Shown here: positions 36,298 through 44,460 of the stretch, one piece after another
Numbering within the stretch: position 1 is the first letter of the stretch
Layout of the letters: each line of letters starts with the position of its first letter
Assembly (NCBI GenBank): GCA_035544635.1
Contig: DATKDQ010000053.1
Coordinates: 1 to 48,402 of the forward strand
Origin: Thermoanaerobaculia bacterium
GTDB taxonomy: Bacteria > Acidobacteriota > Thermoanaerobaculia > Multivoradales > Multivoraceae
Length of the DNA: 48,402 nt
Direction of reading: 5' to 3'
Position numbers and translations under genes: made by a program
Notes under the pieces: generated by a model
What the model was told of the DNA's origin: nothing
Seen by the model: only the letters and a program-made list of their open reading frames with translations
The model's database searches: none

Positions 36298-37293
36298 CTA
36301 GCGCCGCAGGACGCGGATGCTGCCGCCCGAGGTGCGCAGGACCAGCGCGGGCCCGCCGCCGTTGATCGCGCCGACCAGCTCCCCGTCGTCGCGCCATCCG
36401 CGACGCGCGCCGCTGCCGCTCGCGACGGCGAAGTCGCTCGAGACCCGCCCGCTCGCCCTCGCGTCGAGGTCGATGCCGATTCCTTGGTCGAGGTGGACAG
36501 TGATGCCGCCGCCCGAGGTGCGGAGCCGTGAGTCGGCTCCCGGCGGCTCCGAGAGATAGGCGCGCACCGAGCCGCCAGAGGTCGAGGCGTCGATCGGGCC
36601 GCGCACCTCCGCGATCTCGATCGAGCCCCCGGAGGTCGTCGCCGTGACCGCGCCTGCGGCGCGCTCGATGACGATGGATCCGCCCGAGGTGCGCGCGCGA
36701 ACGGTGCCTTCGACCTCGCCGATCGCGATCGACCCGCCCGAGGTGCGCAGGTCGGCATCGCCGGCGCTCGAGGCGAGCCGGATGCTGCCGCCCGAGGTCG
36801 AGGCCACCACCGGGCCACCAACGGCGGCGAGGTGGATGGAGCCTCCCGACGTCCGCGCCGTCACCGGGCCGTCGAGGTCCTCGACCGCGACCGCGCCACC
36901 CGACGTGACGACGTCGACCGTGAAGCGCCGCGGCAGCTCGATCTCGATCTCCGGGCTCTGGTGCCGGAACTCGAAGAGCCGCCACGGCCGGCGGTGCTCG
37001 AGCTCGACGCTCAGCCGATCACCGTCCTGGGTGAAGTCCACGCGGTAGAGGTCGAGGATCTTCTTCTCGTCGTCGGCCCCACGCGTGATGCGCACGCGCG
37101 CGCCGGCGCCGTTGCCGGTCGAGATCGCGACCGAGGCGCCCTCCGACGCCACCTCCAGGCGTCCTCCCGGTGCGACGTCGAAGCGCCGCTCGATGCCCGC
37201 GGCGCCGGCTGCGGTCGTCCCTGCGAGGAGGGCGAGGAGCGTGACGAGGAGCGCGAGCGCCGCGATCCTGCGGCTTGCCGGCAATGGGGTCAT
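36298..37293 (-). CDS. DUF4097-type beta-helical repeat protein (putative adhesin), exported
   Basis: Signal peptide, then eight or more repeats of TSGGSI(x)(x) spaced about 19-20 aa apart. RBS GGAGG before ATG 37293. Confidence 0.8.
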   Translation of the reverse strand: MTPLPASRRIAALALLVTLLALLAGTTAAGAAGIERRFDVAPGGRLEVASEGASVAISTGNGAGARVRITRGADDEKKILDLYRVDFTQDGDRLSVELEHRRPWRLFEFRHQSPEIEIELPRRFTVDVVTSGGAVAVEDLDGPVTARTSGGSIHLAAVGGPVVASTSGGSIRLASSAGDADLRTSGGSIAIGEVEGTVRARTSGGSIVIERAAGAVTATTSGGSIEIAEVRGPIDASTSGGSVRAYLSEPPGADSRLRTSGGGITVHLDQGIGIDLDARASGRVSSDFAVASGSGARRGWRDDGELVGAINGGGPALVLRTSGGSIRVLRR

Positions 37294-37404
37294 ATCAGTC
37301 CTCCGGAGTGCCGTGGTTCAAAGAGACTACGCCCCGCGAGCGGAGAAGTTGCGGACCGGAGCGCGGCGCTCGGAAAGATCGCCCCGCCCGGCGAAGTCTC
37401 CCAG

Positions 37405-37461
37405 CGGAGCCTTCTCGTCCCGGCGGAGCCTTCTCGTCCCGGCGGAGCCTACTCGTCCCGG
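37405..37461. repeat. Tandem direct repeat, 3 x 19 bp
   Basis: cggagccttctcgtcccgg (37405-37423), an identical copy (37424-37442), and cggagcctActcgtcccgg (37443-37461). The third copy contains the recD2 stop codon. Confidence 0.9.
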
Positions 37462-39665
37462 CGCTGCCGATCCGGGCTCGCCAGCCACTCGCGGAGCTTG
37501 GTGAACCTCCCCTCCCGCCCGCCCGCGCCGCGCACCGCGATCGCCAGGGCCCGCCGCTCGCCGAGCAGGACGACCAGGCGCTGCCCGCGCGTGATCCCGG
37601 TGTAGAGGAGATTGCGCTGGAGCATGGGGTAGTGCTGGGTCGAGAGGGTGAGGATCACGGCGGGGTACTCGCTGCCCTGCGCCTTGTGGATCGTCGTGGC
37701 GTAGGCGAGCACCACCTGGTCGAGCTCTCCGAAGTCGTAGCGGACGGCGCGCCCGTCGAACGCGATCTCGAGCTCCTGAGCATCCGGGTCGATCGATTGG
37801 ACGAACCCCAGATCCCCGTTGAAGACGTCCTTGTCGTAGTCGTTCTCGGTCTGCATCACCTTGTCGCCGATCCGGAATGTCCAGCCGAAGCGTTCGACCG
37901 CCGGCCCCTGCCCCGGGTTGAGCGCGGCCTGGAGCGCCGCATTGAGGGCGCGCGCTCCGAGCGGCCCGCGGTTCATCGGGCACAGCACCTGAACGTCGCG
38001 CCGCGGATCTAGGCCGAAGCGCGCCGGGATGCGGTCGCGCACCATGCGCAGGAGCTTGTCCGCGGCCTCGTCCGGGTCGCGCGCCTCGACGAAGAAGAAG
38101 TCCTGCGGCCCGGGCTCCCGGTCGGCGTGGAGGAGGGGCATCTCGCCATGGTTGACGCGATGCGCGTTGGTGACGATGGAGCTCTCGGCCGCCTGGCGGA
38201 AGATCTCGACCAAGCGGGCCGAAGGTACCGCCCCCGACCCGAGGACATCGCCGAACGCCTGGCCGGGACCCACCGAGGGGAGCTGGTCGGCGTCGCCGAC
38301 GAGGAGCAGCGCGGCCCGGGCGGGCACTGCGGCGAGCAGCAGGTCGAGGAGCGGCACGTCGACCATCGAGCACTCGTCGATGACCACCAGGTCGGTCTCG
38401 AGCGGGTGATCGGCGTTGCGGCGGAAACCGCGGGGCCCGCTCTCGAGCAGGCGGTGGATGGTCTTCGCCTCGACGCCGGTCGACTCGGCCAGCCGCTTGG
38501 CGGCGCGTCCGGTGGGCGCGGCGAGCGCCGGTTGGATCCCGCGCGCGCGCACGATCTCGAGGAAGGCGCGTACCAGCGTCGTCTTGCCCACGCCGGGGCC
38601 GCCGGTGAGGATGGCGACCTTGGCGGCGAGCAGGGTGGCCAGCGCCTGTCGCTGGCTGGGTGCCAGCTCGACGCCCAGCCGCGCCTCGGCCCACGGGACG
38701 GCCTTGGCGGCGTCGATCGCCCGCCACGGAAGAGCGCCGCGCCGCAGGAGATCGAGGCGCTCCGCCACCGTGCGCTCGGCCTGCCACAGCCAGCGCAAAA
38801 AGACACAGGTCTCGCCCGCGATCGTGTCCTCCACCAGGTCGCCCTCGGCCAGCTCCGCGGCGAGCGCCTCCTCGAGAACCGGCGCCGGGATGCCGAGGAG
38901 CTCCGCGGCGCTCTCGAGCAGCCGCTGGCGCGGCCGCGCGCAGTGGCCCTGGTTGGTGGCCTCGAGCAGAACCCAGGCGAGGCCGGCGCGCGCCCGCAGC
39001 GGCGAGGCGCTCGGCACGCCGAGCTTCATCGCGATCTGATCGGCGGTGCGGAAGCCGATGCCGCGGATGTCGCGGGCGAGGCGGTAGGGGTTCGCGGTCA
39101 CGAGCGGCACCGCGTCGGCGCCGTAGGTTTTCCAGATCCGCACCGCCCGCGCCGTCGAGACGCCGTGCGACTGGAGGAACACCATGATCTCCCGGATCGC
39201 CTTCTGGTCCGCGAAGCCGGCGACGATCCGCTGGGCGCGCAGCGGGCCGATACCTGCGACCTCGCGCAGGCGGTCCGGCGTGCGCTCGATGACGTCGAAC
39301 ACGGCCTCGCCGAAGGCCGCCACCAGCCGCCGCGCGTAGGTCCGGCCGATGCCCTTGATCAGACCGGAGCCGAGGTAGCGCTCGATCCCCGCCGCCGTCG
39401 AGGGCGGCGTGACCTGGAGGTGGCGCGCCCGGAACTGGGTGCCGTGCTCGCGGGTGTGCTCCCACTGCCCGCTGGCCTGGACGTTCTCCCCGGCGGCGAT
39501 CGCTGGCGTCGTCCCGACCACGGTCGCGGCGTCGCGTCGGCCGCGCACGCGCACGCGCAGAACGGCAAACCCCGTCTCCGGGTTGTGGAAGACGACCTTC
39601 TCGACCAGCCCCGCCAGCGGCTCGCGGCCGGTATCGTCGTCGCTGGTCGGAAGGCGGCCCCGCAA
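37449..39665 (-). CDS. recD2: RecD2-type SF1B ATP-dependent DNA helicase
   Basis: N-terminal OB/HhH part (VVFHNPETGFAVLRV..., GIGRTYARRLV), Walker A GGPGVGKTT, VGDADQLPSVGPG, and C-terminal TIHKAQGSEYPAV. TTG start. Confidence 0.9.
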   Translation of the reverse strand: MRGRLPTSDDDTGREPLAGLVEKVVFHNPETGFAVLRVRVRGRRDAATVVGTTPAIAAGENVQASGQWEHTREHGTQFRARHLQVTPPSTAAGIERYLGSGLIKGIGRTYARRLVAAFGEAVFDVIERTPDRLREVAGIGPLRAQRIVAGFADQKAIREIMVFLQSHGVSTARAVRIWKTYGADAVPLVTANPYRLARDIRGIGFRTADQIAMKLGVPSASPLRARAGLAWVLLEATNQGHCARPRQRLLESAAELLGIPAPVLEEALAAELAEGDLVEDTIAGETCVFLRWLWQAERTVAERLDLLRRGALPWRAIDAAKAVPWAEARLGVELAPSQRQALATLLAAKVAILTGGPGVGKTTLVRAFLEIVRARGIQPALAAPTGRAAKRLAESTGVEAKTIHRLLESGPRGFRRNADHPLETDLVVIDECSMVDVPLLDLLLAAVPARAALLLVGDADQLPSVGPGQAFGDVLGSGAVPSARLVEIFRQAAESSIVTNAHRVNHGEMPLLHADREPGPQDFFFVEARDPDEAADKLLRMVRDRIPARFGLDPRRDVQVLCPMNRGPLGARALNAALQAALNPGQGPAVERFGWTFRIGDKVMQTENDYDKDVFNGDLGFVQSIDPDAQELEIAFDGRAVRYDFGELDQVVLAYATTIHKAQGSEYPAVILTLSTQHYPMLQRNLLYTGITRGQRLVVLLGERRALAIAVRGAGGREGRFTKLREWLASPDRQRRDE

Positions 39666-39779
39666 GGTGATGTGGTCCGGCGCGCGGCCGATTCCATCAC
39701 AGGTACACCGGTTTCCTACAAGCCTCCCGCCGCTCCGCGCACCGGGTGACTCTCTGCGAGCCCCCGGCCCAGCGCTCGG

Positions 39780-39808
39780 TTGTCCGCAGCCTCTCCAGGG
39801 TGTACAAT
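39780..39808 (+). promoter_or_regulatory. Candidate sigma70 promoter of the coiled-coil gene
   Basis: TTGTCC (39780-39785), 17-nt spacer, TACAAT (39803-39808), about 105 nt upstream of ATG 39913. Confidence 0.45.
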
Positions 39809-39912
39809 ACGTCGTTCGACATAAGCGAATTCGGGCCCCTCACCCACGGAGGCGGCTTCGGTTCGCCTGGACTCCGGTCAGCGCCTGACTCGCCGAGTCC
39901 TCGGAGGGGAAC

Positions 39913-42045
39913 ATGAGCGAGAAGCACAACGGCCACGGCCTCGAGAGGATCCTCTACCACTCGACTCCCCTCGCGATCGAGGAGGCCTTCACCGCGGCGG
40001 CGCAGCAGGCGTTCGGCGAGCTCGAAGTACATCGGCTCGACGCGGGCTCGTCGCCGGGGTCCCTGGCCTCGCTCGACGGCGCCTTGCTGGTCATCGGGCA
40101 CGAGGACACGGCGCAGAGCATCGGCACCCTGCGCGAGCTGCGCGAAGGCGGGCTGAGCTCGCCCGCTCTCCTCCTGGTGTCGAGCGAGCCCCCGGAGTTC
40201 GAGGCCTACCTCGCCGAGCTGGGGCCGGCGGCAGCGTTCCCGGCGGACGGGTTCGCGCCGGAGGACGTCGCGGTATGCGTCAGAGCGCTGGACTCCGTCG
40301 CCCTCGCGACGCCCGCGCCCGCCGCCGTCGAGGCCTCGGTGACCGCGGCGACGCCGGGGCCCGAGAACGGCGGAAAAAAAGGCGCGGCCCCGGCGAGCGC
40401 GGACGACGGCGGCCCGATGGCCGCGGCGACGCTCGAGTCGATCGAGGCCGAGGAGTCGACCCTGCTCGAGAGCCTCGACACGCTGCGCCAGCGCCGGCGC
40501 AAGCAGCTCGACGCGCTCGCCAAGGCGGCAGGCGGCAGTCAGCGCCGGCTGGAGACGCTCAAGAAGCGCCTGGCGAAGATCCAGGAGAGCCTGAGCGTCG
40601 AGAAGCGCCAGCGCTGGGAGGTGGTCCTCGACCTGCGCGAGAGCCAGGAGCGCGTCAAGGAGGTCGAAGAGCGGCTGCAGCGCGCGCGCGACGGGGAGAC
40701 GCGGCGCCAGAAGGAGATCGAGTCGCTGCGCATCGAGCTCGAGAAGAGGACCAGCGCGGTCGCCGGGCTGACCCGCGAGCGCGACGCGGCACAGCAGCGG
40801 TTCGAGCAGGCCCAGAAGGGTCTAGAGAAGAAGAGCGGCGTATCGCGCCAGCGTATCGAGGAGCTGCGCGAGGAGACCGAGCGCCTGCGCGAGGAGCATG
40901 CCAAAGCGATGCGCGACACCGAGGACCGGGTCGCGGGCCTCGAGCTGGAGCTCGAGGAGACGAGGCGGGAGGCGGCGGTCCAGGGAGACGACCTCCGGGC
41001 GAACATCGCCGCGCGCGACGCCCTCGCTCTGGAGCTCGAGGAGCTGCGGGAGACGACGAACCGGGAGCGCGAGCAGAGCGCGGCGGTCGTCAGGAGCCTC
41101 GAGGAAGACGGCCGGAAGCTCGCGCAGCGGCTCGAGCAGGTGACCCAGAGCGAGAGCGGCCGGGCCGCTCAGCTCGAGCAGGAGCTCACGGCCGCGGTGG
41201 AGGCGCTCGAGCGCCGAACGGAGGAGCTGTCCAAGGCGGCGGCCTCGAGCGACGTGCTCGAGCAGGAGCTCCGTCAGATCCGCGCGCAGTACGCCAAGGA
41301 GAAAGAGGAGTCGCAGGCCTGGATCGGCGAGCTCGAGGGCGAGCTCGAGAGGCACCGGGCGGAGGTGGCGCAGAACGCACAGGCGCTCGCCGAGGCGCAG
41401 GCGCAAACGGCCCGGCTGACCGAGGAGCGGGACCGCCTCGACCTTCGCCTGCGCCGCACGTCGGCGGAGAGCGGCAAGCTGTCGGATCTGCAGAAGGAGC
41501 TCGACACCCTGCTCGCCGAGCTGGCCGACAAGGAGGAGGAGCGCGTCGCTTTGCGAACCGGCCGCGAGTCGATGGAGCGTGAGGTCGAAGAGGCGCGCGC
41601 TGCGCTGGCTCAGGAGAAGGAGGAGTCGGCCGGGCGCCTGGCCGCGGCGAGCGCCGAGCGCAGCGATCTCGAGCGCCAGATGCAGGAGGCGCGCGACCTG
41701 GCGCAGACCTTCGAGCGGCAGATGGCGACGCTGCGCGCCGAGGTGGTGGAGCTCGAGGTCGCCCGCGAGGAGGACGCCGAGAAGCTGCGCGAGCTCGGCG
41801 GCGCGGCCGCCGGCGCCTCGCGCCAGCGCGTCGAGGAGATCCAGCAGGAGCGCGACCGCTTGAAGCGCGAGCTCGACGCGCTGCGCCTCGACGCCGAGAA
41901 CACGCGGCGCGCGCTCGCCGACTCCGACGCGCGTCTGCGCAAGCTGCAGCAGGAGAAGTCCGGGGCGGGGGCCGAGCCGGCGGAGAAGGCGGGCGACCTG
42001 GCGATCCAGCAGCTTCGCGCGGATCTCGGATCGCTCGGCGACTGA
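39913..42045 (+). CDS. Pseudo-receiver domain + about 550-aa coiled-coil protein (FrzS-like architecture)
   Basis: The N-terminal 120 aa have a CheY-like beta/alpha alternation (RILYH..., ALLVIGHED, ALLLVSS) but no obvious phospho-acceptor Asp or Lys set. The rest is E/R/L/A/Q heptad-rich with no Walker motifs. RBS GGAGGGG. Confidence 0.7.
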   Translation: MSEKHNGHGLERILYHSTPLAIEEAFTAAAQQAFGELEVHRLDAGSSPGSLASLDGALLVIGHEDTAQSIGTLRELREGGLSSPALLLVSSEPPEFEAYLAELGPAAAFPADGFAPEDVAVCVRALDSVALATPAPAAVEASVTAATPGPENGGKKGAAPASADDGGPMAAATLESIEAEESTLLESLDTLRQRRRKQLDALAKAAGGSQRRLETLKKRLAKIQESLSVEKRQRWEVVLDLRESQERVKEVEERLQRARDGETRRQKEIESLRIELEKRTSAVAGLTRERDAAQQRFEQAQKGLEKKSGVSRQRIEELREETERLREEHAKAMRDTEDRVAGLELELEETRREAAVQGDDLRANIAARDALALELEELRETTNREREQSAAVVRSLEEDGRKLAQRLEQVTQSESGRAAQLEQELTAAVEALERRTEELSKAAASSDVLEQELRQIRAQYAKEKEESQAWIGELEGELERHRAEVAQNAQALAEAQAQTARLTEERDRLDLRLRRTSAESGKLSDLQKELDTLLAELADKEEERVALRTGRESMEREVEEARAALAQEKEESAGRLAAASAERSDLERQMQEARDLAQTFERQMATLRAEVVELEVAREEDAEKLRELGGAAAGASRQRVEEIQQERDRLKRELDALRLDAENTRRALADSDARLRKLQQEKSGAGAEPAEKAGDLAIQQLRADLGSLGD

Positions 42046-42217
42046 TCGCCGCGATCGCTGCCCGGCACCCGACGGGCCGCGGGGGTCTTCAGAATGGGCG
42101 CGTCGCGTCGCGGCCAACGGTCGTCCGTGCCACGCGATCGGCCCAGGGCCCGAGCGTCCGGGCGAGGCCCGTGTCGTCGCTCGGAAGCAACCCGGCCACT
42201 GCGCCCGGGCGCTCGGG

Positions 42218-42850
42218 TCAATCGTCCCGGAACGCGAGGAACTCGCGCTCGAGCAGATCGCGCAGCTCGGCGAGCGTGGCCGGCAGCGGCTCCCCCTTCT
42301 CGGCCTCGACGATCAGGACGTGGGGGAGGTCGGGGCGATCCTGGTAGGTGTCGTGGCGCTCGATCCCTCGGAATACCGGGCGCTCGCTCTCGCCGTACCG
42401 GCACCAGCGCAGGTCGCGGAACCCGCAAGCTTCGAGCGCGTCGCCGAGGAGCTCTCGATTCCACAGAAAGCGGTGCCGCCAGCCGTGGAAGGCGCGGTTG
42501 AGCCGCAATCCCTGAACCCGTCGCTCGGGGGGCGGGCTCGCCGTCGAGTAGTGGGTCTCCCAGACCCAATCCAGGTTCGGGGTCGACAGTCGCAGGACGC
42601 CGCCCGCGCCCAGGCAGCGATGCACGTCCTGGAGGAAGGCGATCGCCCGATCCAGGTCGAGATGCTCGAGGAAGTGCTCGGCATAGACCGCCTCGACGTC
42701 GCGGAAGTGGAGGCCGCGGCTCACGTCGACCACGAGGTCGACTCCGGGAAGATCCTGGAGGTCGAGGTTGAGCCAGCCTTCTAGTCGCACGCGGCCGCAC
42801 CCCACGTGCAGTCGCGAGGGCGAGGGCGAAGGCGGACGGTTCACGGGCAT
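42218..42850 (-). CDS. Class I SAM-dependent methyltransferase
   Basis: Motif I LHVGCG and an acidic post-I residue pattern. ATG 42850 overlaps the stop of the upstream dehydrogenase gene by 10 nt. The track ORF to 44374 is a frame extension. Confidence 0.8.
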   Translation of the reverse strand: MPVNRPPSPSPSRLHVGCGRVRLEGWLNLDLQDLPGVDLVVDVSRGLHFRDVEAVYAEHFLEHLDLDRAIAFLQDVHRCLGAGGVLRLSTPNLDWVWETHYSTASPPPERRVQGLRLNRAFHGWRHRFLWNRELLGDALEACGFRDLRWCRYGESERPVFRGIERHDTYQDRPDLPHVLIVEAEKGEPLPATLAELRDLLEREFLAFRDD

Positions 42851-44460
42851 GGAAAGGCGGCGGTGTCCTGGATCGGAGGGAAGGGCGTGCCGCCGGCGTG
42901 CCAGTATCGTCTCTCGGCGCCGGTCCGGGTGTCGAGCACCCTGAGGTCGACCTCGACGTCGGTCAAGGCGGCGGCGAAGAACCAGGCCGCAGGAAACCCG
43001 GCCGCGCAGCCGTCGAGCAGCTTGACCAACAGCTCGACGTTGCCCTGGTCGAAGAACCAGAGATACCCCGCGTCGCTCGTCATGGGCACCGCGGTCGCGG
43101 TGCCGGCGCGTCCCTGGGCGTCCCTCCACCGCGCGCGCACGCGGTAGCGCCCGCCGAGGCAGAGGCGGCCCTGCTCCGGAACGCAGAGCCCGGGCACGGC
43201 GCTGCCCGGCCAGGGCGAGAGACGAGCGAGCACCCCGGTCGTGGTGACCAGGTGAATCTCGCCGTACGCATCCTCGCCCAGCGAGCTCAAACGGGGCAGC
43301 GCGAGGCCCAGGTCCTCGCTGGACCATCTGGCGGGGCCGTTTCGCGCGGCGTAGAGGCGGCCGGTGCAGAAGTCGCCGTAGAGGTAGCGCCCCTCCAGCC
43401 ACGGGATCTCGGCGCCGCGGTAGACGTAGCCGCCGATGACCGCGCAGAAGCTGCCCACGTGCTCGTGCTCGAGGATCGGGGCGGTGAAGGCGGGATCGCC
43501 GCACGGCGGCACCGGATCGACGCAGGGCACGACGAGATCGACGCAGTGGGTTCCCTCCATGCGCGCCCACCCGTAGTTCTCGCCGCCGGGGCTCCCGGCG
43601 AGCTGGCGGTTGATCTCCTCGCGCTGGTGCTCGCCCACATCCGCGACCAAGAGATCGCCGGTCGCGCGATCGAAGGAGAAGCGCCAGGGGTTGCGCAGTC
43701 CATACGCCCACACCTCGGGAGCGGGGCCGGCGGCGAACGGGTTCGTCGGCGGCACGGTGTGGTACGGCGGCTCCGACGCACCGGCATCGACGTCGAGTCG
43801 CAGGATCTTGCCCAGGAGCGTATCGAGACGCTGGGCATTGCATTGCGGGTCGCCCACCCAGGGGCCGGCGCCGACGCTGGCGTAGAGGTAGCCGTCGGGG
43901 CCGAACTGGAGCTGCCCGGCGAAGTGTCCGGCGGCGTACCCCTCGATCACCAGCAGCGCGACACCCGAAGCGGGATCGGCCGCGGTGCCGTCGCTCGCCA
44001 TCGCGAAGCGCGCGATCACCAGATCGCTTCGGAGATCGCTGTAGGCGACGAAGAAGAGGCCGTTCTCGGAATGGCGGGGATGAAAGGCGACGCCCAGGAG
44101 CCCCCGCTCGCCGCCGGTGCGCACCCGGGCTCGCAGATCGAGGAACGGCTGGTCGAGCACGACTCCGCCCTCGTAGACCAGCACGCGCCCGTCGAGCGCG
44201 ACCAGAAAGAGCCGCGCGTCGCCGGCGTGCGCGAGACCCGAGAGCGGCGGGAGCCCGCTCGCGAGGTGATCGAGAACCAGCGCGGAGTGCTCCGGAGCGG
44301 GGACGGCCGCGCCGATCGGCGCCGCCGAGACCACCACCGCGAGCATCCATGCGAGCGCGACCCGCGTGGAGCACCTGCTCGCGGTCTCGGCCAGTGGCCG
44401 GGAGTGGCGGCGCTCGAGCGTTGCGCTCAGCGTACGGGGAGCCCCATCAGGCGGCGCCAT
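42841..44460 (-). CDS. PQQ-dependent sugar (glucose/sorbosone) dehydrogenase-family beta-propeller with an extra 114-aa Cys-containing C-terminal domain
   Basis: LLGVAFHP, HFAGQLQFGPDGYLY, EVWAYGLRNPWRFSFD, GENYGW. Start is either ATG 44460 (34-nt overlap with the MBL gene) or ATG 44346. Hydrophobic signal-like segment VALAWMLAVVVSAAPIGAA. Confidence 0.8.
   Translation of the reverse strand: MAPPDGAPRTLSATLERRHSRPLAETASRCSTRVALAWMLAVVVSAAPIGAAVPAPEHSALVLDHLASGLPPLSGLAHAGDARLFLVALDGRVLVYEGGVVLDQPFLDLRARVRTGGERGLLGVAFHPRHSENGLFFVAYSDLRSDLVIARFAMASDGTAADPASGVALLVIEGYAAGHFAGQLQFGPDGYLYASVGAGPWVGDPQCNAQRLDTLLGKILRLDVDAGASEPPYHTVPPTNPFAAGPAPEVWAYGLRNPWRFSFDRATGDLLVADVGEHQREEINRQLAGSPGGENYGWARMEGTHCVDLVVPCVDPVPPCGDPAFTAPILEHEHVGSFCAVIGGYVYRGAEIPWLEGRYLYGDFCTGRLYAARNGPARWSSEDLGLALPRLSSLGEDAYGEIHLVTTTGVLARLSPWPGSAVPGLCVPEQGRLCLGGRYRVRARWRDAQGRAGTATAVPMTSDAGYLWFFDQGNVELLVKLLDGCAAGFPAAWFFAAALTDVEVDLRVLDTRTGAERRYWHAGGTPFPPIQDTAAFPCP

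Noticed and set aside
37405-37461. The tandem 19-bp repeats considered as a mini CRISPR array
   Set aside because: The repeats are directly adjacent with no spacers. There are only three units, no cas genes in the window, and the unit is shorter than known CRISPR repeats.
37449-42045. recD2 plus the coiled-coil gene considered as an SMC/helicase defence system (Lamassu-, Wadjet- or Hachiman-like)
   Set aside because: The coiled-coil protein has no Walker A/B or ABC signature heads and no nuclease domain. The helicase is a standard full-length RecD2 with its usual N-terminal domains. No additional effector gene is present.
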